Assembly: GCA_947483075.1 (NCBI GenBank)
Contig: CANKLE010000010.1
Span: 37,869 to 101,868, forward strand
Direction: 5' to 3'
From: Flavobacteriaceae bacterium
GTDB lineage: Bacteria > Bacteroidota > Bacteroidia > Flavobacteriales > Flavobacteriaceae
Length of the DNA stretch: 64,000 bases
Part shown: positions 20,987-31,692 of the stretch, piece by piece
How the letters are laid out: each line of letters starts with the position of its first letter
Numbering within the stretch: position 1 is the stretch's first letter
Made by a program: the position numbers and the translations under genes
Notes under the pieces: generated by a model
Databases searched by the model: none
Seen by the model: the letters and a program-made list of their open reading frames with translations, nothing else
Told to the model about the DNA's origin: nothing

Positions 20987-21964
20987 CTATAAATTGGCTT
21001 TAAAAGCCTTTAGTTTTTCGATCAATTTGGGAACCACCTCAAAGGCATCACCCACAACGCCATAATCTGCCACCTTAAAGAAAGGCGCTTCAGGGTCGGT
21101 GTTGATGACTACTTTTACTTTAGACGAATTCACTCCAGCGATGTGTTGAATCGCACCCGAAATCCCAATGGCTATATATAAATTAGTCGCTACTGGTTTG
21201 CCAGTTTGTCCTACGTGTTCGCTGTGAGGACGCCAACCCAAATCAGATACAGGTTTGGAGCAAGCGGTTGCGGCGCCAAGAACACTGGCCAACTCTTCGA
21301 TCATGTCCCAGTTTTCAGGACCTTTTAAACCGCGTCCACCAGACACCACAATATCAGCGTCGGCAATGGTTACTTTACCCGTTGATTTTTCTACACCGGT
21401 AACTTGTACTTGGTTTTGTGTGCTAGCTAAATCAGGGTGAAATGATTCTTTTGTGGCCGATCCAGAACTCGTAATCAGGCCAAACGAATTTTTAGCCAAA
21501 CTGATCACGTTGCAGTTGCCTTTTAGTTCGGTAATCACAAATGCTTTGTTCGAAAATGCACTGCGTTTCACTTGCATTGGGCTCTGGCTAATAGGCAAAG
21601 CAACCACATTTGATGCATAACCAGCACCCAGGGCAACACTCAATAAAGGAGCGACATATAAACTATCGGTGGTGGCCGAAAGCACGACCAATTTGCTTTG
21701 TTCTTTTAAGGCAACTTGTTGAATTACAGCGGCAAATGAATTGGCATTGAAGTCGTTTAAATTGGCGTGTTGTACGCAAACCACTTTGTCTACGCCATAG
21801 TTTGCCAACTCAGCGGTATTGTCATTGTTTAGGGTAACTGCGGTAACAGTTGTGCCCCAGGATTCGGCTACTTTTTTAGCATAAGAAGCCAATTCAAAGG
21901 CTACTTTTTTTAATTTGCCTCCCGAAGCGTCGGGAGCAGATTCTGCGTAGATTAATATAGACAT
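20987..21964 (-). CDS. etfA: Electron transfer flavoprotein alpha subunit
   Basis: 325 aa with a C-terminal FAD-binding block (VSGGRGL, IAIGISGAIQH). Confidence 0.9.
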   Translation of the reverse strand: MSILIYAESAPDASGGKLKKVAFELASYAKKVAESWGTTVTAVTLNNDNTAELANYGVDKVVCVQHANLNDFNANSFAAVIQQVALKEQSKLVVLSATTDSLYVAPLLSVALGAGYASNVVALPISQSPMQVKRSAFSNKAFVITELKGNCNVISLAKNSFGLITSSGSATKESFHPDLASTQNQVQVTGVEKSTGKVTIADADIVVSGGRGLKGPENWDMIEELASVLGAATACSKPVSDLGWRPHSEHVGQTGKPVATNLYIAIGISGAIQHIAGVNSSKVKVVINTDPEAPFFKVADYGVVGDAFEVVPKLIEKLKAFKANL

Positions 21965-21999
21965 ATAAGATATATTTTAGAGGTGATGACGGGTGATTT

Positions 22000-22746
22000 T
22001 TAGATCACTTTGGCTTCGTTGTGAAGCAAATTAATGAGTTCGTCTAATTGGTCAGCGGCAACTAGTTTTACAGCCGATTTTGGTGCCGGCTTCTCAAACT
22101 TAACCGTATTGCTGTTTGCAGTACTTCCTGCAACTTCCAACACAGTAAGGGACTTGGTTCTTGCCGTCATGATGCCGCGCATATTTGGGATACGCAGATC
22201 TTTTTCTTCGACCAATCCTTTTTGTCCGCCGATCACTAGAGGTAAATGGGCGGTCAATAATTCTTTTCCGCCGTCTATTTCGCGAGCGGCTTTTGCCGTA
22301 TTGCCGTCAATGCTCAATTCAATGCAAGAGTTAATGAACGAATAACCCAATATGCCAGCAAGCATGCCCGGAACCATGCCTCCGTTGTAATCTAAGGATT
22401 CTTTTCCGGCAATGATTAGGTCGTATGATCCATTTTTAATTATATCGGCTAAGGCGTTGGCTACAAAAAATCCATCGGCAGGAGTAGCGTTTACTCGGAT
22501 GGCTTCGTCGGCTCCAATGGCCAAGGCTTTGCGTAAAGTAGGTTCTGTTTCCGGTCCACCAACATTTACCACTGTAATGTGGGCGCCTTGTTGTTCTTGA
22601 AACCAGATGGCGCGCGTCAAACCAAATTCGTCGTTGGGGTTGATCACAAATTGAACGCCGTTGGTGTCAAATTCTGTATCGCCGTTGGTAAAATTAATTT
22701 TGGAAGTAGTATCAGGCACGTGGCTGATGCAAACTAATATTTTCAT
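22000..22746 (-). CDS. etfB: Electron transfer flavoprotein beta subunit
   Basis: 248 aa starting MKILVCISHVPDTTSKI, immediately upstream of etfA. Confidence 0.9.
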   Translation of the reverse strand: MKILVCISHVPDTTSKINFTNGDTEFDTNGVQFVINPNDEFGLTRAIWFQEQQGAHITVVNVGGPETEPTLRKALAIGADEAIRVNATPADGFFVANALADIIKNGSYDLIIAGKESLDYNGGMVPGMLAGILGYSFINSCIELSIDGNTAKAAREIDGGKELLTAHLPLVIGGQKGLVEEKDLRIPNMRGIMTARTKSLTVLEVAGSTANSNTVKFEKPAPKSAVKLVAADQLDELINLLHNEAKVI

Positions 22747-22983
22747 CGGTAGAGCTTGTTTTTGTTAAAAATTCCGGACAAAATTAGTATAATAATTTCA
22801 AATATTGCGCCCAATATCGATAATAATCTCCCTATTATATCGATTTCGTAAACACTCAAATTTAGTCCCAATTCTAGTGAACTTATTTTCATGTAATTAA
22901 TGCCATGAACTCAACTAAAATATTTATTTTTGCTGCTCGAAAATAGCTTTCTATGTCTTTTTCGAGGGTTTAAAAACAGATTT

Positions 22984-23961
22984 ATGAGAACGATACAATT
23001 TAGAGAAGCGATCGCCGAAGCCATGAGCGAAGAAATGCGTCGCGACGAATCAGTTTATTTGATGGGCGAAGAAGTAGCCGAATACAATGGAGCTTACAAA
23101 GCCTCTAAAGGAATGCTTGACGAATTTGGTCCAAAACGAGTAATTGATACGCCAATTGCCGAGCTTGGATTTGCTGGAATTGCAGTAGGATCGGCCATGA
23201 ATGGTTGCCGTCCAATTGTAGAATACATGACTTTCAACTTTTCGTTGGTGGGAATTGATCAAATCATCAACAACGCAGCCAAAATGCGCCAAATGTCGGC
23301 GGGACAATTCCCGATGCCGATGGTGTTTCGTGGGCCAACCGCTTCAGCCGGACAATTGGGTGCTACACACTCGCAAGCCTTTGAAAATTGGTTTGCCAAT
23401 ACTCCAGGATTAAAGGTAGTTGTACCTTCAACCGTTTACGATGCCAAAGGACTTTTAAAAGCCGCCATACGCGATAACGACCCCGTGATTTTCATGGAAT
23501 CTGAGCAAATGTACGGCGACAAAGGCGAAGTGCCAGAAGGCGAATACATTATTCCTTTGGGAGTAGCCGACATTAAAAGAGAAGGGTCAGATGTGACCAT
23601 CGTATCTTTCGGAAAAATCATCAAAGAAGCCTTTATAGCGGCCGACGAATTGGCTGCGCAAGGTATTTCATGCGAAATCATCGATTTGAGAACCGTGCGT
23701 CCGATGGATTATGACGCTATTTTGAACTCGGTGAAAAAAACCAACCGTTTGGTTGTGCTCGAAGAAGCTTGGCCGTTTGCCAGTGTAGCTTCAGAAATCA
23801 CGTATATGGTACAAGAGCGCGCCTTTGATTACTTGGACGCGCCAGTGCAACGCATCACTACTGCCGACACCCCTGCGCCCTATTCGCCAACCTTATTAAA
23901 AGAGTGGTTGCCCAATGCCGCCGATGTAGTAAAAGCAGTTAAAAAAGTCATGTATAAATAA
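22984..23961 (+). CDS. pdhB: Pyruvate dehydrogenase E1 beta subunit (alpha-ketoacid dehydrogenase beta)
   Basis: Trimmed to MRTIQFREAIAEAMSEEM. It has transketolase pyrimidine-binding and C-terminal domains. Confidence 0.85.
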   Translation: MRTIQFREAIAEAMSEEMRRDESVYLMGEEVAEYNGAYKASKGMLDEFGPKRVIDTPIAELGFAGIAVGSAMNGCRPIVEYMTFNFSLVGIDQIINNAAKMRQMSAGQFPMPMVFRGPTASAGQLGATHSQAFENWFANTPGLKVVVPSTVYDAKGLLKAAIRDNDPVIFMESEQMYGDKGEVPEGEYIIPLGVADIKREGSDVTIVSFGKIIKEAFIAADELAAQGISCEIIDLRTVRPMDYDAILNSVKKTNRLVVLEEAWPFASVASEITYMVQERAFDYLDAPVQRITTADTPAPYSPTLLKEWLPNAADVVKAVKKVMYK

Positions 23962-24059
23962 TCCTAAATAGAGGCGCATTCATTTTTTTTGAATTTCACG
24001 CTTTAAAACACGTATTTTTGAAACTTCATCAGCAAGATTTGGTGAAGTTTTTTTTTGGA

Positions 24060-26573
24060 ATGAAGAGATTTTTACCCCTAAGCCTATTTTTTCTTTTATT
24101 TGTTTGTGGCCTGCAAGCCCAGACCAAGGTGAGCGGCTTGGTGGTTGATGAAAACAATGATCCAATACCTTTTGCCAATGTGCTTTTTGCCAATTCTAAA
24201 ATTGGCGTCACTACCGATATAGATGGCAAATTCACCTTAAAATCAGACAAAAACTTCGATGCCATCGAGGTTTCCTATACGGGATTTACCGACAAATTGG
24301 TCAACTTGGGAGGCAATGTGGTCGAGAATTTGCGCATTAAACTCAAAAATGGCCAACAGCTCAAAGAGGTAGTGATCGTAACCCGGCCAAAAAAACATTT
24401 ATCCAAAAAAGAAAATCCCGCTTACCGCATTATGCAAGGAATTTGGGCCCATAAGAAAAAGAATGGGCTCCAATTGGTTAAAGCCTACGAGTACAAAAAA
24501 TACACTTCGGTGGCGATAGGATTAAGTAATTTGGACAGTCTTTTTCTTAAAAAAACCATGGCTAAGCAGTACGACAGTATTGTGAAGATCATCAAATCGG
24601 GGAAAAAAGACAAGCGATTTTTTGTTCCGATTTTTATGAAAGAAAACTTCGAATCGGTCTATGGAAATAATACGATACATAAGGAGCGCATCGATATGGA
24701 GGCCGAACGCAATATCGGCGTGAGTCAATACGGTTTTTTGTTTGAGCGCATCAGCAATACGTTTACTGATGTGAATGTGTACGAAGACGACATTGAGATC
24801 CTCAACAAAACTTTTGTAAGCCCAATTTCAAGTCGTGGCTACGGAATTTATGATTACGTCCTCAAGGACAGTATTGTGGAGAACAACGTAAAATCCTATC
24901 AAATTTATTTCTTTCCCAGACAAGAGGGTACCATTGCTTTCGAAGGAAGCTTTAAAGTGGTCGACAAATCTTTTGCGCTCACCGAAGTGACCATGCGGGT
25001 CAATAAAAACATCAATTTAAATTTGGTGCGCAACTTGTCGGTCGAGAAAAACTTCAAAATTGTAGACGATTCGATTTTCTTGCCCGAGCGCGATTTTTAC
25101 GAAGGCGATTTTACCTTGTTTACCAAGAATGACCAAGAGAAAGGGTTGTTTGTGCGCAAGAATATTGTTTTTAGTGAATACGACCTGGATCCTTCCCGGG
25201 CCAATGATTTTTATGAAGTGAAAATCAATCAAATTAGCCGCAATCAATTTGAAAAGAAAGAAGATTTTTGGGACAAAATTGTCACCAAAGACCCCAACTT
25301 GGGCGGTACACGAAAAATCATTGGAGAGCTCAAGGATAACCCGCGCATCAAAAGCGTCTCGACAGCGATTACCATTATTTCTACAGGTTACTTTGATTTA
25401 TTCAAAGACATACAATTTGGATCGTTGTGGCAAACCATATCCAATAATGATGTCGAAGGCCTTCGACTCTCCGCCGGACTGCGCAGTTTTAGAACGCCCG
25501 ATGATCGGTTCAGAACAAAAGTATATACAGCTTATGGTACGTTGGATACCAAATTAAAATATGGGGGAGAAGTGAAGTATTTATTGTTTCGAGAACCGCG
25601 AATTACCCTTGGGCTTACCCACATCAACGACAATGTTCAATTGGGTGGGCAGACCATGCAGGTAACCGATATGCTCACATCTAATAACGAAACAAATCTG
25701 CTCATTGGCCGCGGAAAAAATTATTTTTTATCCCGCATTTTTAAAAATTCATTCTATTTTGATTGGGCAATCCACAACAACCTCCATCTTTCTGTAACGG
25801 GCCTTCACCAATACATCAAATCGGCCTCTCCCGAATTCTTTTCTATTGATTTTACCTACGACAATGGGGCAAGCGTGCATTCAACTATTACTGATTTTTC
25901 TACAAATGTTGGAATAACCTTCACACCCAAACGATTTGCCTATGGCTTTGGGGTTGAACAACGATTTGGCGTTACCCTGTATCCTACTTTTATTCTTAAA
26001 TATACGAGAGGAATTCACGGTGTTTTAGGAAGCGATTTAAATTACAACAAAATTCAGGCTTCCGTTTCCCGACCTATTTTTGTGAGTAATTTGGGGGTAT
26101 TTAAGCCGTATATCGAAGTAGGAAAAAGCTTTGAAGTCTTGCCTTTGCCCTTGTTATTTCCGGTGGCTGCCAATCAGGCGTATTCGGTAGATTCCCGAAC
26201 TTTTTGTTTGCTCGATTACTACGACATGGTAACGGATACGTATATCATGGGTTCGTTTGAGCACCATTTTAACGGATACATTTTCAATAAAGTTCCAGGG
26301 CTCAAAAAATTAAAACTGCGTGAAATCGGATTTTACCGTGCCATCTACGGCAGTATCAGCACAGGTAATATTGCGATTAATCGGACCAACATTCAGTACA
26401 TAGCGCCTTCAAATGCTGTATATGCCGAATACGGTTTTGGCATCGAAAACATTGGCTACGGCAACTTTAGACCGCTGCGATTTGATTTCGTTTGGCGCAC
26501 CAATTTTCAAAATATCAACGGACCAGAGCCGCCGCGATTTGGAATCAGAATTGGTTTTAACCCAACTTTTTAA
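24060..26573 (+). CDS. Carboxypeptidase-regulatory-like domain plus DUF5686-type outer-membrane protein
   Basis: Trimmed to MKRFLPLSLFFLLFVCGLQAQ (signal peptide). The N-terminal fold is CarbopepD_reg-like (KVSGLVVDENNDPIPFANV) and the C-terminus is a barrel ending in NPTF. Confidence 0.65.
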   Translation: MKRFLPLSLFFLLFVCGLQAQTKVSGLVVDENNDPIPFANVLFANSKIGVTTDIDGKFTLKSDKNFDAIEVSYTGFTDKLVNLGGNVVENLRIKLKNGQQLKEVVIVTRPKKHLSKKENPAYRIMQGIWAHKKKNGLQLVKAYEYKKYTSVAIGLSNLDSLFLKKTMAKQYDSIVKIIKSGKKDKRFFVPIFMKENFESVYGNNTIHKERIDMEAERNIGVSQYGFLFERISNTFTDVNVYEDDIEILNKTFVSPISSRGYGIYDYVLKDSIVENNVKSYQIYFFPRQEGTIAFEGSFKVVDKSFALTEVTMRVNKNINLNLVRNLSVEKNFKIVDDSIFLPERDFYEGDFTLFTKNDQEKGLFVRKNIVFSEYDLDPSRANDFYEVKINQISRNQFEKKEDFWDKIVTKDPNLGGTRKIIGELKDNPRIKSVSTAITIISTGYFDLFKDIQFGSLWQTISNNDVEGLRLSAGLRSFRTPDDRFRTKVYTAYGTLDTKLKYGGEVKYLLFREPRITLGLTHINDNVQLGGQTMQVTDMLTSNNETNLLIGRGKNYFLSRIFKNSFYFDWAIHNNLHLSVTGLHQYIKSASPEFFSIDFTYDNGASVHSTITDFSTNVGITFTPKRFAYGFGVEQRFGVTLYPTFILKYTRGIHGVLGSDLNYNKIQASVSRPIFVSNLGVFKPYIEVGKSFEVLPLPLLFPVAANQAYSVDSRTFCLLDYYDMVTDTYIMGSFEHHFNGYIFNKVPGLKKLKLREIGFYRAIYGSISTGNIAINRTNIQYIAPSNAVYAEYGFGIENIGYGNFRPLRFDFVWRTNFQNINGPEPPRFGIRIGFNPTF

Positions 26574-26731
26574 GTATAATTTCACTTCTTAGAATCGAAT
26601 TACTTCATCGTTCTTTTTTCGGTCGTGTATTTTTTTGCTTTATGCATCAGCAATAAGCGCATACATCTTGTGTATGTTCTCGTTTTTTTGTTATTTTTGC
26701 CCCCGATAAATTAAGAACTAAAATTTACCTT

Positions 26732-29293
26732 ATGGATTCATTTATGATTTATGTGCCAATTGTTATGGCAATTATTGGGTTGCTTTTTATGGCAGCCAAA
26801 AGAGCTTGGGTATTAAAACAAGATGCCGGAGATGGTAAAATGAAAGAAATTTCAGAATACATCTACGAAGGTGCCTTGGCCTTTTTGAAAGCAGAGTACC
26901 GTTTGTTGGCTGTTTTTGTATTAATTGCAAGTGCAGTTTTGGCTGGTATTACCTTTTTGCCCGGCGTTAAAACAGATATTTTAATTGTAATTGCCTTTGT
27001 TTTTGGGGCTTTCTTTTCGGCTTTAGCGGGAAATATGGGGATGAAAATCGCCACCAAAACCAACGTAAGAACAACGCAAGCCGCTCGTACTAGCTTACCC
27101 CAAGCACTTAAAGTTTCTTTTGGTGGTGGTACAGTTATGGGATTAGGCGTTGCGGGTCTTGCCGTTTTAGGGCTAACCACCTTCTTTATAATTTTCTTCC
27201 ATGTATTTATGGACGGAGTTTGGGGAATTGACGGGACTGAAAAAATGACTGTCGTTCTTGAAACTTTAGCGGGATTCTCCTTAGGAGCTGAGTCTATTGC
27301 CCTCTTTGCTCGTGTGGGTGGCGGTATTTATACCAAAGCTGCTGACGTTGGTGCTGATTTAGTAGGAAAAGTAGAAGCGGGTATTCCAGAAGATGATCCA
27401 CGTAACCCTGCTACAATTGCAGATAACGTAGGTGATAACGTAGGTGACGTAGCCGGAATGGGCGCCGATTTATTTGGTTCGTATGTAGCCACCGTGTTGG
27501 CTGCGATGGTGTTAGGAAATTACGTAATAAAAGATATGGGTGGTAAAATCGAAGATGCTTTTGGCGGAATCGGTCCAATTTTATTGCCAATGGCGATTGC
27601 CGGATTTGGAATTCTATTTTCTATCGTAGGAACGATGTTGGTAAAAATTTCTAGCGACGATGCCAAAGAGGCGCAAGTACAAAAAGCCTTGAATATCGGA
27701 AACTGGGCTTCTATTGTTTTAACAGCTATTGCTTGTTTCTTCTTGGTGCAATACATGTTGCCCGCTACCATGAAAATGGGATTCTTTGGCGAAGGATTAA
27801 AAGACATATCATCAATGCGTGTATTCTATGCTACCATAATTGGATTAGTAGTAGGAGGCGCAATTTCATCGGTTACGGAATATTATACCGGCTTGGGTAC
27901 AAAACCAGTTTTGGCGATTGTACAAAAATCATCAACTGGAGCAGGAACCAACGTAATTGCTGGTTTAGCTACGGGAATGATTTCTACGTTCCCTACTGTT
28001 TTGTTATTTGCTGCTGCCATTTGGAGTTCTTATGCATTAGCAGGATTCTATGGAGTAGCTTTGGCGGCCTCGGCGATGATGGCAACAACTGCAATGCAAT
28101 TGGCTATCGACGCATTTGGACCAATTTCTGATAATGCTGGTGGTATTGCCGAAATGAGTGAATTGCCCAAAGAAGTGCGTACCCGTACCGACATTTTGGA
28201 CTCAGTGGGTAACACGACTGCAGCTACCGGAAAAGGATTTGCGATTGCTTCTGCAGCCTTAACTTCATTGGCTTTATTTGCCGCTTATGTAACCTTTACC
28301 GGAATTGACGGAATCAACATCTTCAAAGCGCCAGTATTGGCTATGTTATTTGTGGGTGGAATGATCCCGGTGGTATTCTCGGCTTTGGCTATGAACTCTG
28401 TAGGAAAAGCCGCAATGGACATGGTATACGAAGTGCGTCGTCAGTTTAAAGAAATTCCAGGAATCATGGAAGGAACAGGCAAACCCGAATATGCAAAATG
28501 TGTTGATATTTCTACCAAAGCGGCATTGCGCGAAATGATGTTGCCAGGGGTGTTGACCATTGGTTTCCCTATTGCCATTGTTCTTTTGGGTAAATTAGTC
28601 TACGCCGACAACAACCAATTGATCGCGGAAATGTTGGGAGGTTATATGGCTGGAGTAACCGTTTCGGGTGTACTTTGGGCGGTGTTCCAAAACAATGCTG
28701 GTGGTGCCTGGGATAATGCAAAAAAATCATTCGAAGCAGGGGTAGAAATTAATGGTGAAATGACTTACAAAGGTTCTGATGCACACAAAGCAGCGGTTAC
28801 TGGAGATACAGTAGGAGATCCATTCAAAGATACCTCAGGTCCTTCTATGAATATCTTAATCAAATTAACCTGTTTAATTGGTTTGGTAATTGCGCCAATC
28901 TTAGGAAGCGGAGTACAACAAAACGCACCAAAAGTGATGTTGCTTAAAATGGAGTGTGCAGAAGGAGAGATGATGGGCAAATGCGACATGAGCAAATGCG
29001 CGACCATGACCAAAGACGAATGTGCGGCCATGTGCGACAGTTTAAAATGTACGCCTGCCCAAAAAGAAATGTGTTTGTCACACTATGGTGCCGACGGAAA
29101 ATTTGTTGCTCCAGCAGAAGGAAAAGCAGCTTGTTGTGCTAAATCAATGGATAAAGTAATCACCGTTGATATCGAAAACGAAAATGGCAAAGCGAAAGCT
29201 ACCGTTAAAACAACTGCAAATGGTTCTGCCAATGTGCAGACGTTTGAAGGTACTTTAGAAGAAGTAAAAGCAAAAGTAGAAGCGATGAAATAA
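26732..29293 (+). CDS. hppA: Membrane-bound ion-translocating pyrophosphatase with a C-terminal Cys/Met-rich extension
   Basis: 853 aa with [24 protein letters not shown] and [22 protein letters not shown] motifs. Residues 726-853 lie beyond the canonical end of the family. Confidence 0.9.
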   Translation: MDSFMIYVPIVMAIIGLLFMAAKRAWVLKQDAGDGKMKEISEYIYEGALAFLKAEYRLLAVFVLIASAVLAGITFLPGVKTDILIVIAFVFGAFFSALAGNMGMKIATKTNVRTTQAARTSLPQALKVSFGGGTVMGLGVAGLAVLGLTTFFIIFFHVFMDGVWGIDGTEKMTVVLETLAGFSLGAESIALFARVGGGIYTKAADVGADLVGKVEAGIPEDDPRNPATIADNVGDNVGDVAGMGADLFGSYVATVLAAMVLGNYVIKDMGGKIEDAFGGIGPILLPMAIAGFGILFSIVGTMLVKISSDDAKEAQVQKALNIGNWASIVLTAIACFFLVQYMLPATMKMGFFGEGLKDISSMRVFYATIIGLVVGGAISSVTEYYTGLGTKPVLAIVQKSSTGAGTNVIAGLATGMISTFPTVLLFAAAIWSSYALAGFYGVALAASAMMATTAMQLAIDAFGPISDNAGGIAEMSELPKEVRTRTDILDSVGNTTAATGKGFAIASAALTSLALFAAYVTFTGIDGINIFKAPVLAMLFVGGMIPVVFSALAMNSVGKAAMDMVYEVRRQFKEIPGIMEGTGKPEYAKCVDISTKAALREMMLPGVLTIGFPIAIVLLGKLVYADNNQLIAEMLGGYMAGVTVSGVLWAVFQNNAGGAWDNAKKSFEAGVEINGEMTYKGSDAHKAAVTGDTVGDPFKDTSGPSMNILIKLTCLIGLVIAPILGSGVQQNAPKVMLLKMECAEGEMMGKCDMSKCATMTKDECAAMCDSLKCTPAQKEMCLSHYGADGKFVAPAEGKAACCAKSMDKVITVDIENENGKAKATVKTTANGSANVQTFEGTLEEVKAKVEAMK

Positions 29294-29314
29294 GCAATTC
29301 TGCTAAAAAATTTG

Positions 29315-29346
29315 AAATGCCTCGCGAAAGTGGGGCATTTTTTTTG
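29315..29346 (+). terminator. Intrinsic terminator after hppA
   Basis: AAATGCCTC-gcgaaagt-GGGGCATTT followed by TTTTTT. Confidence 0.7.
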
Positions 29347-29383
29347 CGAGATAGCGTACTTTAGTCAGGCAAAAATGTACCAC

Positions 29384-30376
29384 ATGACCAATCGAAGATC
29401 ATTCCTCAAAACAGCCGCCGCCGGATCTTTGGCTATGGCTCTACAAAGTTATGCCGCCAAGCAAGCGGCAACGAGTCAAAAAAAAGCGGTTGTCAATAAA
29501 CCCATAGTGCTTTCTACCTGGAATTTTGGCCTCGAAGCCAATGGCGCAGCTTGGGAAATTTTACAAGCCAATGGTCGGGCCTTAGACGCAGTCGAGGCCG
29601 GAGTTCGAGTGCCCGAGGCCGATCCAACACAACGTTCGGTAGGCTATGGAGGTCGACCCGATCGCGATGGACGCGTTACCCTTGATGCCTGCATTATGGA
29701 CGAACAGGCCAATATTGGCTCGGTGGCTTGTTTGGAATTTATTAAACATCCTATTTCGGTGGCGCGCGCCGTGATGGAAAAAACACCCCACGTGATGCTG
29801 GTAGGCGATGGGGCATTGCAGTTTGCCTTGGCCCAAGGTTTTCCCAAAGAAAATCTTTTGGTTCCCGAATCAGAAAAGGAATGGAAGGAGTGGCTCAAAA
29901 CCAGCCAATACAAACCAATCGCAAATATCGAAAACCACGACACCATAGGCATGATTGCTTTAGATAGTCAGGGTAATTTATCGGGCGCGTGCACAACCAG
30001 CGGCATGGCCTATAAAATGCATGGCCGAGTGGGCGATTCGCCCATTATTGGTGCAGGTTTGTATGTAGATAACGAGATTGGTGCAGCCACAGCCACCGGT
30101 CATGGAGAAGAAGTGATACGCATTGCAGGTTGCCATTTGGTAGTCGAGCTCATGCGCCAAGGGAAATCGCCGCAACAAGCTTGTGAAGAAGCCGTATTGC
30201 GCATCGTAAAATTGACACAAAATCGAGGCAAAAATCTAAAGGATATTCAAGTGGGATTTATTGCCTTAGACAAACAAGGCAATTACGGATCTTACTGTAT
30301 ACAAGGCGGTTTTAATTATGCTGTGCGGGATGTGTCGGGGCCAAAATTAATTGATTCTTCCTATTATTTAAAATAA
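29384..30376 (+). CDS. N4-(beta-N-acetylglucosaminyl)-L-asparaginase (glycosylasparaginase)
   Basis: It has a twin-arginine signal (MTNRRSFLKTAAAG) and an Ntn autoprocessing site (ENHDTIGMIALD). The start was moved past the hppA terminator, and 29375 is an alternative. Confidence 0.85.
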   Translation: MTNRRSFLKTAAAGSLAMALQSYAAKQAATSQKKAVVNKPIVLSTWNFGLEANGAAWEILQANGRALDAVEAGVRVPEADPTQRSVGYGGRPDRDGRVTLDACIMDEQANIGSVACLEFIKHPISVARAVMEKTPHVMLVGDGALQFALAQGFPKENLLVPESEKEWKEWLKTSQYKPIANIENHDTIGMIALDSQGNLSGACTTSGMAYKMHGRVGDSPIIGAGLYVDNEIGAATATGHGEEVIRIAGCHLVVELMRQGKSPQQACEEAVLRIVKLTQNRGKNLKDIQVGFIALDKQGNYGSYCIQGGFNYAVRDVSGPKLIDSSYYLK

Positions 30377-31047
30377 TGGTACAGCTTGAAATTGCTTGTT
30401 TTTCTGCAGCTTCGGCCGTCATTGCGCAGCAAAGCGGTGCCCATCGTATTGAGCTTTGTGCCGATAGAGCAGTGGGTGGAATTACCCCTAGTTTGGATGT
30501 ATTTACCCAAGTCAAAACCCAAGCTGATCTACCTATTTATGTGATGATTCGTCCACGGGGCGGCGATTTTGTGTATGCTGCTGCCGAATTTGAACAAATG
30601 AAACAGCAACTGTTGCGATTTAAGCTTGCTGGCGCAAATGGATTTGTGTTTGGTTGTTTGCAAGAAAATGGGAAGGTACATGACATTCAAAATAAGGAGT
30701 TGGTGCAATTGGCACATCCTTTTCCCTGTACATTTCATCGTGCTTTTGATGAAATACAAAATAAGGAACAAGGTTTGCTGTCGATTGCTGATTGTGGCTT
30801 TAAAACCATTTTAACCGCAGGACATTCGGGCAATGCGTCAGACGGAATACCTGTGCTCAAAAAACTACAAGCCCAAGCCAAGGATAAAATCTTGCTAATG
30901 CCTGGCGGTGGAATTCGATCTACAGTTGCGGCTCAAATTTGCCGCAAAACCCAAGTTACCTGGCTGCATTCCTCGGCAATAACCAGCGGCAAAGAGGCCG
31001 ATCCTAAAGAAATTAAGGCAATATTGGCAGCTGTTCAAAAGGCATAA
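30376..31047 (+). CDS. cutC: CutC-family copper homeostasis protein
   Basis: 223 aa with LEIACFS...GAHRIELC and MIRPRGGDF. The start overlaps the upstream stop (TAATG). Confidence 0.8.
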   Translation: MVQLEIACFSAASAVIAQQSGAHRIELCADRAVGGITPSLDVFTQVKTQADLPIYVMIRPRGGDFVYAAAEFEQMKQQLLRFKLAGANGFVFGCLQENGKVHDIQNKELVQLAHPFPCTFHRAFDEIQNKEQGLLSIADCGFKTILTAGHSGNASDGIPVLKKLQAQAKDKILLMPGGGIRSTVAAQICRKTQVTWLHSSAITSGKEADPKEIKAILAAVQKA

Positions 31048-31076
31048 AAAAAGCCACTTAAAAGCAGCTTTTGGAA

Positions 31077-31691
31077 TTAAAATAAGCCGTTAATTTCGGC
31101 GTCAATTCGGTTGATGATAGTCCCTAGATCTTCGGGATTGTTTACAAAATCAATGTTGTCTACATCAATAATAAGCAACTTCCCTTTGTCGTAATTGGTA
31201 ATCCAGGCTTCGTAACGTTCGTTAAGTCTACTTAAATAATCAATAGAAATAGAGTTTTCGTATTCGCGGCCGCGTTGGTGAATTTGACTCACTAAATTCG
31301 GGATAGAACTTCTAAGGTAAATGAGCATATCTGGCGGAGCCACCAAGCTTTCCATCAATTCAAATAAGGACGAATAGTTCTGAAAATCGCGGTTGGTCAT
31401 GAGCCCCATGGCATGCAAATTGGGCGCAAAAATATGAGCATCCTCATAGATGGTTCGGTCTTGAATGATTTTCTTCCCGCTTTCGCGAATTTGCAACACC
31501 TGACGAAAACGAGAGTTCAAGAAATAGATTTGCAAATTGAAAGACCATCGTTCCATTTGGTGGTAAAAGTCGTCCAAATACGGATTGTCTACTACGTCTT
31601 CAAAATGAGGTTCCCATTTAAAGTGTTTGGCTAACAAACGCGTGAGCGTAGTTTTTCCTGCCCCTATATTTCCGGCTACTGCTATGTGCAT
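31077..31691 (-). CDS. Deoxynucleoside kinase
   Basis: 204 aa with the P-loop GNIGAGKTT and a dNK-family DRTIYED block. Confidence 0.85.
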   Translation of the reverse strand: MHIAVAGNIGAGKTTLTRLLAKHFKWEPHFEDVVDNPYLDDFYHQMERWSFNLQIYFLNSRFRQVLQIRESGKKIIQDRTIYEDAHIFAPNLHAMGLMTNRDFQNYSSLFELMESLVAPPDMLIYLRSSIPNLVSQIHQRGREYENSISIDYLSRLNERYEAWITNYDKGKLLIIDVDNIDFVNNPEDLGTIINRIDAEINGLF

Positions 31692-31692
31692 A

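Noticed and set aside
31041-31076. Terminator between cutC and the deoxynucleoside kinase gene
   Set aside because: Only a weak A/T-rich 6-bp pairing (AAAAGC/GCTTTT) with a 12-nt loop is present, which is not convincing.
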